A stretch of DNA of 64,000 nucleotides from Desulfomonilia bacterium. Lineage in GTDB: Bacteria; Desulfobacterota; Desulfomonilia; UBA1062. The stretch is from positions 544,001 through 608,000 of the forward strand of contig CAXXDQ010000003.1 in assembly GCA_963664325.2 (NCBI GenBank), in the 5' to 3' direction. Positions 1-9,635 of the stretch are shown one piece after another. Position 1 is the first letter of the stretch, and every line of letters starts with the position of its first letter. A program made the position numbers and the translations under genes. The notes under the pieces were generated by a model. The model made no database searches. It saw nothing but the letters and a program-made list of their open reading frames with translations, and was not told where the DNA came from.

Positions 1-1
1 A

Positions 2-3000
2 ATATTAGGGGGCATAATCCCTGTTCCCCTTCCTATTCCGGGTTCATTTCCGATCAGTGAGGGAATGGAAAGAATTACAAAAGTCTGCGAAGTTCTTGAC
101 AGGTTCTGCATAATAACCGACCAGCCTGCACAGAATTACAGATCTCTTGGAAATGTTGATCTGCTCGAAGTTAAGGAATTGCTTGAATTTGCCCCGGACG
201 GGAATCATCACAATCCCAAACCGGATGATATAGCCTATCTCCAGTTTTCTTCCGGCTCGACAGGAGACCCCAAGGGTGTAATGCTTTCCCATTTCAATCT
301 GGTTTATACGATTGATGCATCGGCTAAATGTGTTTTTGATGTCAGGGGGAATGATATAAGGCCGACACTTGGCTATGGTATTCATATCCTGAAGCACAAG
401 CTGTCAATGAATGACAGGCTCGGCAGCATAGCAAAGTTTATATCTTGGGTATCCAAAGGATCTCTTGGTAAAAATATACGCTCCTCAAAAATTGGGAACG
501 ACATTTTAGATACACTGCTAATTTTCAGCGGAAACAAAATATCCGCTTACACTGATATGCGTTTTAACGAGATAAAGATCGTAAACTGGATGCCATATTC
601 CCATGACATGGGGCTTATCGGTTTCCATCTGGCGCCGACAATGGGCGGAATGGATCAGGTGAAACTCGAACCAAAGACATTTGTGCACAGTCCGGCGCTT
701 TTCCTGAAGCTTATTGACAAATACAGGGCGACTCATGTTCCTTGTCCAAATTTTGCAGTTCAGTGGCTGACAACGCAGGTCAATGAAGATGATATAAAGG
801 GTATTGATCTGTCGTGCATAAAGTGTCTTGGAAATGGTTCGGAACCTATATCACCATCGGTTTCAAGGAATTTCATACAAAAGTATGAAAAATTCGGATT
901 TGATGAAAGGGCCATGTTCATGAGCTATGGAATGGCCGAGGCGTCACTTCAGGTTACTGCTCCTCCAGTATTTACAAAACCTGTGTTTCACAAGGTGCAC
1001 AAGGATGTTTTTATAAAAGACCAGATAATACTTCCTGTTTCATCAGATGAAGACAGCATTGAAATAACGGATCTTGGCGCTCCTGTTGCCGGTATGAAGA
1101 TAAGGATTGTTGATGACAATGATAATCTTGTCCATGAAAACACGGTAGGTCACATACAGTTGCAGGGATCCAATGTAGTCAGTGGTTATTATAAGAATGA
1201 TGCTGCAAATAAGGATCTGTTCTGTGGACCATGGCTACGTACCGGTGATATGGGATTTATGAAAAACGGCCGTATCACGTTAACGGGAAGACGCAAGGAT
1301 ATTATCTTTGTTAACGGCCAGAACCTTTATGCCCATGATATAGAAGAACAGGTAAGGCGTGTTCCCGGTATGGCATTCCGGGAATTTGCAATAACAGGAC
1401 TTAGGCATTTGGACAGCGACAGCGAGAAAGTTATTCTTTTCATAAACACTACCGAGTCAATAACATCACTTTCGTCTCTTTTATCAAGACTTAATGAAAA
1501 CCTTGTATCATCCATAGGAATCAAGATTGATTTTATCGTCCCGGTCCATGAGATACCCAGGACACCGAGTGCGAAGGTCAAGCGCTACAGTCTCAGGGAT
1601 AAGTTTGAAAAGGGCATGTATGAAACCGTTATTTCGTTAAATGATATAGTCGGGCATCTATCAGCTTCAAAGGATGAAAAGGGATTTGAACTTACTGGGG
1701 TCGAACATCGCATTATTGAAATCTGGAGGGACGTCCTCGGGGTAGATTCAATATCCAAGATTGACAACTTTTTCGACCTCGGCGGCAATTCACTTCGAGC
1801 AACAAAAGTTACATCGAGAATACGTGAGGAATTCGGCATTGAGTTGGGACTGAAGGCCGTCTTTGAAAGCCAGACGGTTGAAGCTCTGGCTAAAGTTGTT
1901 GAATCCTTGACACGAAAGGAACCGGAAGACTTTTCAAAAATCAAACCCCTTGAAAAGGCCCAGAATTATGAACTGTCCCATGCCCAAAAAAGGTTATGGC
2001 TACTTGATAAAGTGGTTCCAGACAGTCCGTTTTACAACATCCCAGGAGCAGTCCTTATTGACGGAATTGAACTCGATCTTGCTCTCCTTGAGAAATCTCT
2101 TCAGGCTGTTACTGACAGACACGAGACACTGAGAACGGTTTTCAGGACCATAAATGATGAGCCTGTGCAGGTCGTAAATGAGTCATACAAGATTGAAATG
2201 CCGATATATGACCTGACGCACGAAGTCGATAAGCATGAAAAGCTTCAGGCAATAATATCTGAAGAAAAGATCAGGCCGTTTGACTTGGAATCCGGCCCGC
2301 TGTTCAGGACTATGATCATAAAACTGTCAGCTACAAGTAATGTGTTCATGACAGTAATGCACCATATTATCTCTGACGGCTGGTCCATGGCCCTTCTTGT
2401 TCAGGAGGTTATAGGAAATTATTTGGGATTCAGTTCGAAGAATTCATCACCTTATCCTGAATTAGCTATACAATACAGAGATTTTGCATTCTGGCAGAAT
2501 CGCCTGCTTGAAGGAGATGGCATAAAAGAACAGGAAAAATACTGGCTTGAAAATCTATCTGGAGCTTTGCCCGTATTGAATTTGCCCACCGACAGACCCA
2601 GGCCAACCATTCAGACACAGAGAGCTGGCACTGCAAGAATCAAGATTGACCAGAAAACACTGAAGGGCATCAAGGAACTAGCAAGGAAAGAAGATGTAAC
2701 AATGTTCATGATGACACTGGCCCTTTTCGATGTGATGCTTTCAAAGCTTTCTGGGCAGGAAGATATCATAATAGGCTCCCCGATCGCCGGCCGGAACAAT
2801 ACTCAAATTGAACCGTTAATAGGATTCTTTGTAAATGTCCTGCCTATGAGGATTAACCTTTCCGGAAACCCGAATCTTTCAGAACTTCTGAGGCGTGTAA
2901 AGGAAATGTCAATAGGCGCCTACGCGAACCAGGAATATCCTTTTGACAGGCTTGTTGAGGTTATTAATCCGGTGAGGGATCTAAGCAGGACTCCTATTTT

Positions 3001-6000
3001 CGACATTACTTTTGAATATCGTGAGGCATCGGCGAATCCTTTTGCAGGAATATCCGGGATATCAATAAAGGATGTCACCGGAGACGATCCGAATTCCAGA
3101 TTTGACATGAGTGTTACGGGTTATGAGGAAGCTGACGGAATAACCATGCGCTTCGAATATAATGCCGACCTATATGAAAGATCGACTATTGAGCGTTTCA
3201 TGGATTATTATAAGAATATAATCAATGATGTTATTAAAAATCCCCAAAAGACAATTTCTGAAATAGCAATACTTGGAGAGATTGAAAAGAAAAGGGTTCT
3301 TCTGGATTTCAACAATACTTCAAAAGAGTATCCTGAAGCTAAGTGTATTCATAGTATAATTTCAGAGAGAGCAAATGAATTCAAAGACAAGGTTGCATTA
3401 ATTAGCAGAGATCGTGAAATCAGCTATTCCGAGATGGAGAGATTATCAGGGAACCTGGCTGTTTATCTAATGTCACATGGAATAGGCAAAGGCGATACGG
3501 TATGTATCCTTTCTGAAAGGTGTCCAGAACTTATCATGGCAGAGATAGGAATATGGAAAACCGGTGCTATGTTCGTTCCGGTTGATCCTGATTATCCTAC
3601 TGAGCGTATCCGATACATGATTGAAGATTCAGGAGCGAAGATGTTCCTGACAACATCTGAGATGCTGCAGTATGCACCGAAAGGTGAAATTGAACTTGCA
3701 TTAATTAATACAGATTCAAAGGTCTGGGAATCAGATAGTATAATGGACAAATATAATCAAGACCCTGATTCCATAGCTTATGTAATTTACACATCGGGAT
3801 CTACAGGAAGACCCAAGGGGGTCAAGATACGACACAGAAATTTGGCAAATTTTATACACCTTAATCTTGATTTATATGGTATCAATTATCAGGATAGATC
3901 GTCAAACTTGGCAGGTGTTGCTTTTGATGCATCTGCGTGGGAGATATGGCCATATCTGTGTGCAGGTGCGATAATTGTATGCCTTGACAAGAATCTTGGC
4001 AAGATGATGCCAGAGGATCTTGCTGAATGGTTCTCAAAATACAATATAACACGTTCATTTATACCAACAAAATTTGCTGAAATATTTGTCAGTGAACATT
4101 TCGAAGGGTTGACTTTAAAAACACTATTTACAGGTGGTGACAGGTTAAGCTTTGTTCACTCTGGTGGCAGCTACGAGTTGATTAACGCATACGGTCCTAC
4201 TGAAACAACAGTTATTGCATCGGCCTGTGATGTAACTCACTGGGACAACACCAGAGGCGTACCTCCAATTGGAAAACCTTTGCCGAATATAAAAATATAC
4301 ATTCTTGACAAATATTTGAATCCAGTTCCCGTAGGTGTTACTGGCCAAATTTACATTGGTGGTGCTGGGGTAGGTGCAGGATATGTTAATGACCCCGAGA
4401 AGACGAAGCAGGTATTCATACCAGACCCATTTACAGAAGGAGCAGAGCTAATCTATGCAACCGGTGACTTGGCGCGATGGCTCCCGGATGGCAATATAGA
4501 TTTTATAGGAAGAAACGATTTTCAGGTAGAAATAAGAGGGTATAGAGTTGAACTTGGAGAGATTGAAACTGTTTTATCTTCCTATACAGGAATAAAAGAA
4601 TGTGTTGTTATAGATAAAAAGGATGATGAAGGACAAATCAGACTTGTAGGTTTCTATGTTTCTGATTTTGTCCTCAATGAAAATGAAATCAAGGATTATC
4701 TTCGTGAACACCTGCCACCTTACTTGATACCTTCAAGAATTATCTATCTCGAAGCATTTCCTCTTACTTCTAACGGAAAGTTAGACAGGACGGCTCTGTC
4801 GTCAATGATTGACGTGACTGTCGATGCTCTTAGGGAGTTTATTGAACCGTCTACACAAACAGAGAAGGAACTTGAAGCATTCTGGAGGGTGTCCCTCGGA
4901 GTAGAAAAAATAAGTGTTAATGATAATTTCTTTGATATAGGAGGAAATTCATTAAGGGCGACGAGGATAGTTTCCTGGGCAAGAGAAAAATATCGTATCG
5001 AACTGCCGCTAAAAGCCATATTTGAAAACCAGACCCTTGGTCAGCTGGCTTCAGAAATTGATAACATTAAATCGTTTGGATTAAAGTCCGTACTGCCGGC
5101 AATTGAAAATATTATTCCGGCTGAATATTATGAAGTCTCACATGCTCAGAAAAGACTTTGGTATATAGACAAGATTGTTCCGAACAGCCCATTCTATAAT
5201 ATTCCAGGCGCCGTATTGATTGAAAATACACCTATTGACTTGGAATTATTAAAAGAGGCGTTTCAGGCTGTTGTAGATCGGCATGAAAGCTTAAGGACAA
5301 CAATTGTAACGATAAATGAAAAACCGTTCCAGAAGATATCAGATAAGATGGATCTCGATATCGAAATCTTCGATTATCGTAACAGCAATGAAAAAGATGT
5401 TAAGCTTCGTGAATTGATTGAAAAAGAAAAAACTAAGCCATTCAGCATCGAAAATGGTCCATTGCTAAGGATAAGCGTGGTGAGGCTTACGGAATTGTCC
5501 AATGCGCTGATACTCAATATGCACCATATAATTTCTGATGGATGGTCCATGGGTATTCTGGTCAGAGAGGCTTTTGCGAATTACATAGCATTAGCCCAGG
5601 GAAAATCATCTCCTTTTGAAGAACTTAAAATTCAGTATAAGGACTTTGCTGACTGGCAGAACAAACTTCTTGAAGGTGAAGAGATTAAAGAACAGGAGAA
5701 ATTCTGGGTCGATAAGTTGTCCGGTGAACTTCCTGTCCTTAACATGCCTACAGACAGGGTTAGGCCTGCCGTGCAGACGCAAAACGGTGCAGTAAAACGC
5801 TGCAATCTTTCCCTGGATGAATCTGTTATGCTCAGGAATTCTGCAAAAGATCTAAATATAACGCCATTTATGCTCACACTCTCAATGTTCTTGGTATTCT
5901 TGAACAGAATTACAGCGCAAGAGGATATTATTGTTGGAACACCTGTTGCAAACAGGAATAATGCACAAATAGAACCGCTCATAGGATTTTTTGTAAACAT

Positions 6001-9000
6001 GCTTCCCATTCGTGTTGATATTTCAGGTAACCCTTCATTTAGTGAGTTTGCAAAGATTGTAAAACAGACATGCATTATGGCCTATGCGCATCAGGACTAT
6101 CCTTTTGATAAGCTTGTTGAAGCGATAAATCCAGCAAGAGACCTCAGCAGGAATCCTATATTTGATGTTGCTTTCGATTTTCACGAAATATCGGCAAATC
6201 CTATTGCGAGTGTAAATCTTGGAGGTATGAAGTTAAAGGATATAACCGGAGATGATACAACTTCAAAGTTCGACTTTTTAGTGACTGGATATGAATCGGA
6301 TGAAGGTGTAACATTTACTTTTGGTTACAATACAGATCTTTTCAATGACAATACTGTTGAACGCTTGATAACATATTTTAAGAATCTTCTAGAAGACGTC
6401 ATTGTCAGTCCGAACAAGAAATTATCTGAGTTCTCTTTAATTGATGATCATGAAACAAATCGGATACTTTATGGGTTTAATGATACCGTCAGAGAATATG
6501 ACAAAGAAAAACCTGTTCACGTTCTATTTGAAGAAATTGCCAAACGATTCCCTGACAAAGAAGCTCTTGTGTTTGAAAACAAAAGCATGAGTTACAGGGA
6601 TCTCAATGAACGTTCCAATCGAATCGCAAAATATCTCAGAGATAACGGAGTGGAAAAGGGCACATGCGTGGCAGTAATGGTAAAGCGCTCTTTCGATATG
6701 CTAGTAGCTGTTCTGGGCATACTGAAAGCGGGTGGAGCCTATGTCCCGATCGAATCGGAATATCCTATGGAAAGAATCCAGTATATGTTGACTGACATTA
6801 AGACCCCTGTTGTTGTTGTCAATGAATCATTGATTGGAAGCCTTAAAGGATATGAAGGCCATGTGCTTTGTCTTGAAAGATTCTGGGATGATTTTACATC
6901 AGAAGGAAACTCGGATCTTCCCAATGTTAATACTTGCGATGACCTTGCGTACATAATCTATACCTCGGGTTCAGCGGGAACTCCTAAAGGTGTCATGGTA
7001 CCTCATGTCGGAATTACGCGCCTTGTCAAGAATACGAATTATGCCGAGATCACTGATGCTGACAGATTCCTGCAGGTCGCAACCATTGCATTTGATGCCG
7101 CTACAATGGAGTTCTGGGGTCCTCTTTTGAATGGAGGAACACTTTTCCTCGTCTCCAGTGAAGATTCGGTGAATCCAGACCGGATTGGCGAATTAATTAT
7201 AAAACATGATATTTCCATTCTTTTTATTACTACGGTCATGTTTAATCAACTTGTAGATATAAGGCCAGATGCGCTTGCCAATCTGAAGAGTCTTCTAACA
7301 GGTGGAGAGATGCAGTCTATTACACACATGAGGAAGGCATTCAGCCAGGTTCGTCCCGGAGTTCTTACACATGTTTACGGACCGACTGAAAACACTACTT
7401 ATTCAACTTATTACAAAGTTACGGCAATACCGGAAGACATAACCGGTGTACCTATTGGCTATCCTCTGGCTAATTCAACTGCATATATACTAGACAAGTA
7501 CCATAATCCGGTCCCGATCGGCATTCCGGGTGAGATATATGTAGGAGGTCTTGGACTGGCTAAGGGGTATCTCAATGACCCTGAAAAAACTTCGGGTGTT
7601 TTTATCCCCAACCCCCTTGCCGGAGTGTCTGAAAATATCCTTTATAAAACAGGCGATATCGGTAAATGGCTTCCGGACGGTGCTATTGAAATAATGGGAC
7701 GCATCGATCAACAGGTGAAAATCAGAGGTCACAGAATTGAACTTGGGGAAATTGAAACCACAATAAGGAAGCATGAACTGGTCAGGGACACAATAGTTGT
7801 AGTTAAAGACATGGGCTTGAACAGCAAGATGCTTCTCGCCTATTATGCAAGTGACAAGGAAATACCGACAGATGTTTTCAGGACCTTCTTGCGGGAGAGT
7901 CTTCCGGATTATATGGTGCCGAACATATTCATCAGACTGGATTCCCTTCCTCTTAAGAAAAGCGGCAAAGTGGATAAAGCTGCCTTGCCTGAGCCCAAGG
8001 GATTGCGTCCTGAAATGGCTACCGAATATGTCGAACCGAGAAATGAGATAGAGGAAATAATTGCCAGGGCTTGGCAAGAAGTCCTCGGAATTGACAAAAT
8101 AGGTATATTTGACAACTTCTTTGATATAGGGGGAGATTCAATAGTAAGTCTTCAAGTCGTAAGCCGTCTGAACCGTAAAGGATTCAATCTTCAACCTAGA
8201 GATATCCTGCAATATCAGACAATCGCGGAACTCGGATCCGTTATTGTATTTACAAAAGGGATTGAAGCCGAACAGGGTGCTGTAACAGGCAGTTCAACTC
8301 TGACGCCTATTCAGCGCTGGTTCTTCTCGCAAAAACTTCATAATGAAAATCATTTCAATCAGGCATTGCTTTTTTCTTCCCAGTCAAGACTTGACGAGGA
8401 TGCACTTAAAAAAGCTTTCCAAGCTCTAATTGATCATCATGATGTATTGCGTTCGCGTTTTGTGGACAGCAGTATTCAGGAATTTATTGCTTTGGGAGAA
8501 GAAGTAGCATTCAGAGTTGTAACGCTTGAAAACGATGCGCTTATGGGTGAAGAGATACTGAAATTGCAGGCATCGCTGAATATAAATGAAGGTCCAATAT
8601 TCGCTGCCGGACTTCTTCATGCAAGTGCTGAAGACTATTTAGTTGTTGCCTGCCATCACCTTGTAGTTGATGGAGTATCATGGAGAATTTTGATGGAAGA
8701 TCTGATGACTGGCTACTTCCAGGTAATCGGAGGAGGTAATGTTGAACTACCTGAAAAATCGACATCATTCAAAGAGTGGGCAAACAAGCTTTCTGAATAT
8801 GCGCTTGAGAGTCAAGTAGCTGCAGAAGAAATATGGTGGAAGGGTATACTCAGTGATGAATTACCGCAAATCTCAATAGAGCAGGATTTAGGTCCGAATA
8901 ATATAGCATCTGTCTCTGCAGCAACAGTCGAGTTAAATGAAAAAGAAACATCACAACTTCTGAAAGAGGCACACCATGCATACAATACTGATGTAATCGA

Positions 9001-9628
9001 TCTCCTTATCGTTGCTTTGAGTGAATCGATATCATTATGGACGGGTTCTGACAAGGTTGCTTTTGTTCTTGAAGGGCATGGCCGGGAAAATGTTATTGAA
9101 GATATTGATGTTTCAAGGACCGTGGGCTGGTTTACAACCATGTATCCGGTTGTACTGAATGTATTTCCAGACATGAAAGATAAGATAAAGAATATCAAAG
9201 AGACACTTCACAGGATACCTCATAAAGGGTTTAATTATGGGATATTGAGATACCTTAATTCGATTGAACTGCCGTTCACCAGTGACATCAGCTTTAATTA
9301 CCTCGGGCAGTTATCAAATCCTACCTTTGACGGATTCAAACTCGCAACAACCGACGTATCAGGAATTATGGATGTAAGTAACTTGAGGGCCAATCTGATT
9401 GATATCGTAGCGATGGTCGTAAATGGAAAGCTCAGAGTTAACTTTATTTACAGCCAGAACAAGTTTACGATGTTCACAATCAATTCTCTAGCCATTTCAT
9501 TCAAGAAGAGATTGTCCGAAATAATAGCACATTGTATGGATCCATCAAATTTTGATGTCACGCCAAGCGATTTCGAGCTTATTGATCTTGGTCAGGAGCA
9601 ATTAGATAAATTGATAAATTTCGAATAA
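2..9628 (+). CDS. NRPS subunit 1, 5'-partial: FAAL-ACP-C-A(Leu/Phe-like)-T-C-A(Ile/Val-like)-T-E
   Basis: The frame is open from position 2 (ILGGIIPVPLP, a FAAL N-terminal motif), so ATG 65 is internal. FAAL motifs LQFSSGSTGDPKG and WMPYSHDMGLIG. Carrier motifs GGNSL (~1781, ~4938) and GGDSI (~8128). C motifs HHIISDG (~2361, ~5522). E motif HHLVVDGVSW (~8653), EGHGRE and C-terminal TPSDF. Confidence 0.95.
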   Translation: MLGGIIPVPLPIPGSFPISEGMERITKVCEVLDRFCIITDQPAQNYRSLGNVDLLEVKELLEFAPDGNHHNPKPDDIAYLQFSSGSTGDPKGVMLSHFNLVYTIDASAKCVFDVRGNDIRPTLGYGIHILKHKLSMNDRLGSIAKFISWVSKGSLGKNIRSSKIGNDILDTLLIFSGNKISAYTDMRFNEIKIVNWMPYSHDMGLIGFHLAPTMGGMDQVKLEPKTFVHSPALFLKLIDKYRATHVPCPNFAVQWLTTQVNEDDIKGIDLSCIKCLGNGSEPISPSVSRNFIQKYEKFGFDERAMFMSYGMAEASLQVTAPPVFTKPVFHKVHKDVFIKDQIILPVSSDEDSIEITDLGAPVAGMKIRIVDDNDNLVHENTVGHIQLQGSNVVSGYYKNDAANKDLFCGPWLRTGDMGFMKNGRITLTGRRKDIIFVNGQNLYAHDIEEQVRRVPGMAFREFAITGLRHLDSDSEKVILFINTTESITSLSSLLSRLNENLVSSIGIKIDFIVPVHEIPRTPSAKVKRYSLRDKFEKGMYETVISLNDIVGHLSASKDEKGFELTGVEHRIIEIWRDVLGVDSISKIDNFFDLGGNSLRATKVTSRIREEFGIELGLKAVFESQTVEALAKVVESLTRKEPEDFSKIKPLEKAQNYELSHAQKRLWLLDKVVPDSPFYNIPGAVLIDGIELDLALLEKSLQAVTDRHETLRTVFRTINDEPVQVVNESYKIEMPIYDLTHEVDKHEKLQAIISEEKIRPFDLESGPLFRTMIIKLSATSNVFMTVMHHIISDGWSMALLVQEVIGNYLGFSSKNSSPYPELAIQYRDFAFWQNRLLEGDGIKEQEKYWLENLSGALPVLNLPTDRPRPTIQTQRAGTARIKIDQKTLKGIKELARKEDVTMFMMTLALFDVMLSKLSGQEDIIIGSPIAGRNNTQIEPLIGFFVNVLPMRINLSGNPNLSELLRRVKEMSIGAYANQEYPFDRLVEVINPVRDLSRTPIFDITFEYREASANPFAGISGISIKDVTGDDPNSRFDMSVTGYEEADGITMRFEYNADLYERSTIERFMDYYKNIINDVIKNPQKTISEIAILGEIEKKRVLLDFNNTSKEYPEAKCIHSIISERANEFKDKVALISRDREISYSEMERLSGNLAVYLMSHGIGKGDTVCILSERCPELIMAEIGIWKTGAMFVPVDPDYPTERIRYMIEDSGAKMFLTTSEMLQYAPKGEIELALINTDSKVWESDSIMDKYNQDPDSIAYVIYTSGSTGRPKGVKIRHRNLANFIHLNLDLYGINYQDRSSNLAGVAFDASAWEIWPYLCAGAIIVCLDKNLGKMMPEDLAEWFSKYNITRSFIPTKFAEIFVSEHFEGLTLKTLFTGGDRLSFVHSGGSYELINAYGPTETTVIASACDVTHWDNTRGVPPIGKPLPNIKIYILDKYLNPVPVGVTGQIYIGGAGVGAGYVNDPEKTKQVFIPDPFTEGAELIYATGDLARWLPDGNIDFIGRNDFQVEIRGYRVELGEIETVLSSYTGIKECVVIDKKDDEGQIRLVGFYVSDFVLNENEIKDYLREHLPPYLIPSRIIYLEAFPLTSNGKLDRTALSSMIDVTVDALREFIEPSTQTEKELEAFWRVSLGVEKISVNDNFFDIGGNSLRATRIVSWAREKYRIELPLKAIFENQTLGQLASEIDNIKSFGLKSVLPAIENIIPAEYYEVSHAQKRLWYIDKIVPNSPFYNIPGAVLIENTPIDLELLKEAFQAVVDRHESLRTTIVTINEKPFQKISDKMDLDIEIFDYRNSNEKDVKLRELIEKEKTKPFSIENGPLLRISVVRLTELSNALILNMHHIISDGWSMGILVREAFANYIALAQGKSSPFEELKIQYKDFADWQNKLLEGEEIKEQEKFWVDKLSGELPVLNMPTDRVRPAVQTQNGAVKRCNLSLDESVMLRNSAKDLNITPFMLTLSMFLVFLNRITAQEDIIVGTPVANRNNAQIEPLIGFFVNMLPIRVDISGNPSFSEFAKIVKQTCIMAYAHQDYPFDKLVEAINPARDLSRNPIFDVAFDFHEISANPIASVNLGGMKLKDITGDDTTSKFDFLVTGYESDEGVTFTFGYNTDLFNDNTVERLITYFKNLLEDVIVSPNKKLSEFSLIDDHETNRILYGFNDTVREYDKEKPVHVLFEEIAKRFPDKEALVFENKSMSYRDLNERSNRIAKYLRDNGVEKGTCVAVMVKRSFDMLVAVLGILKAGGAYVPIESEYPMERIQYMLTDIKTPVVVVNESLIGSLKGYEGHVLCLERFWDDFTSEGNSDLPNVNTCDDLAYIIYTSGSAGTPKGVMVPHVGITRLVKNTNYAEITDADRFLQVATIAFDAATMEFWGPLLNGGTLFLVSSEDSVNPDRIGELIIKHDISILFITTVMFNQLVDIRPDALANLKSLLTGGEMQSITHMRKAFSQVRPGVLTHVYGPTENTTYSTYYKVTAIPEDITGVPIGYPLANSTAYILDKYHNPVPIGIPGEIYVGGLGLAKGYLNDPEKTSGVFIPNPLAGVSENILYKTGDIGKWLPDGAIEIMGRIDQQVKIRGHRIELGEIETTIRKHELVRDTIVVVKDMGLNSKMLLAYYASDKEIPTDVFRTFLRESLPDYMVPNIFIRLDSLPLKKSGKVDKAALPEPKGLRPEMATEYVEPRNEIEEIIARAWQEVLGIDKIGIFDNFFDIGGDSIVSLQVVSRLNRKGFNLQPRDILQYQTIAELGSVIVFTKGIEAEQGAVTGSSTLTPIQRWFFSQKLHNENHFNQALLFSSQSRLDEDALKKAFQALIDHHDVLRSRFVDSSIQEFIALGEEVAFRVVTLENDALMGEEILKLQASLNINEGPIFAAGLLHASAEDYLVVACHHLVVDGVSWRILMEDLMTGYFQVIGGGNVELPEKSTSFKEWANKLSEYALESQVAAEEIWWKGILSDELPQISIEQDLGPNNIASVSAATVELNEKETSQLLKEAHHAYNTDVIDLLIVALSESISLWTGSDKVAFVLEGHGRENVIEDIDVSRTVGWFTTMYPVVLNVFPDMKDKIKNIKETLHRIPHKGFNYGILRYLNSIELPFTSDISFNYLGQLSNPTFDGFKLATTDVSGIMDVSNLRANLIDIVAMVVNGKLRVNFIYSQNKFTMFTINSLAISFKKRLSEIIAHCMDPSNFDVTPSDFELIDLGQEQLDKLINFE

Positions 9629-9635
9629 GGAGTTC

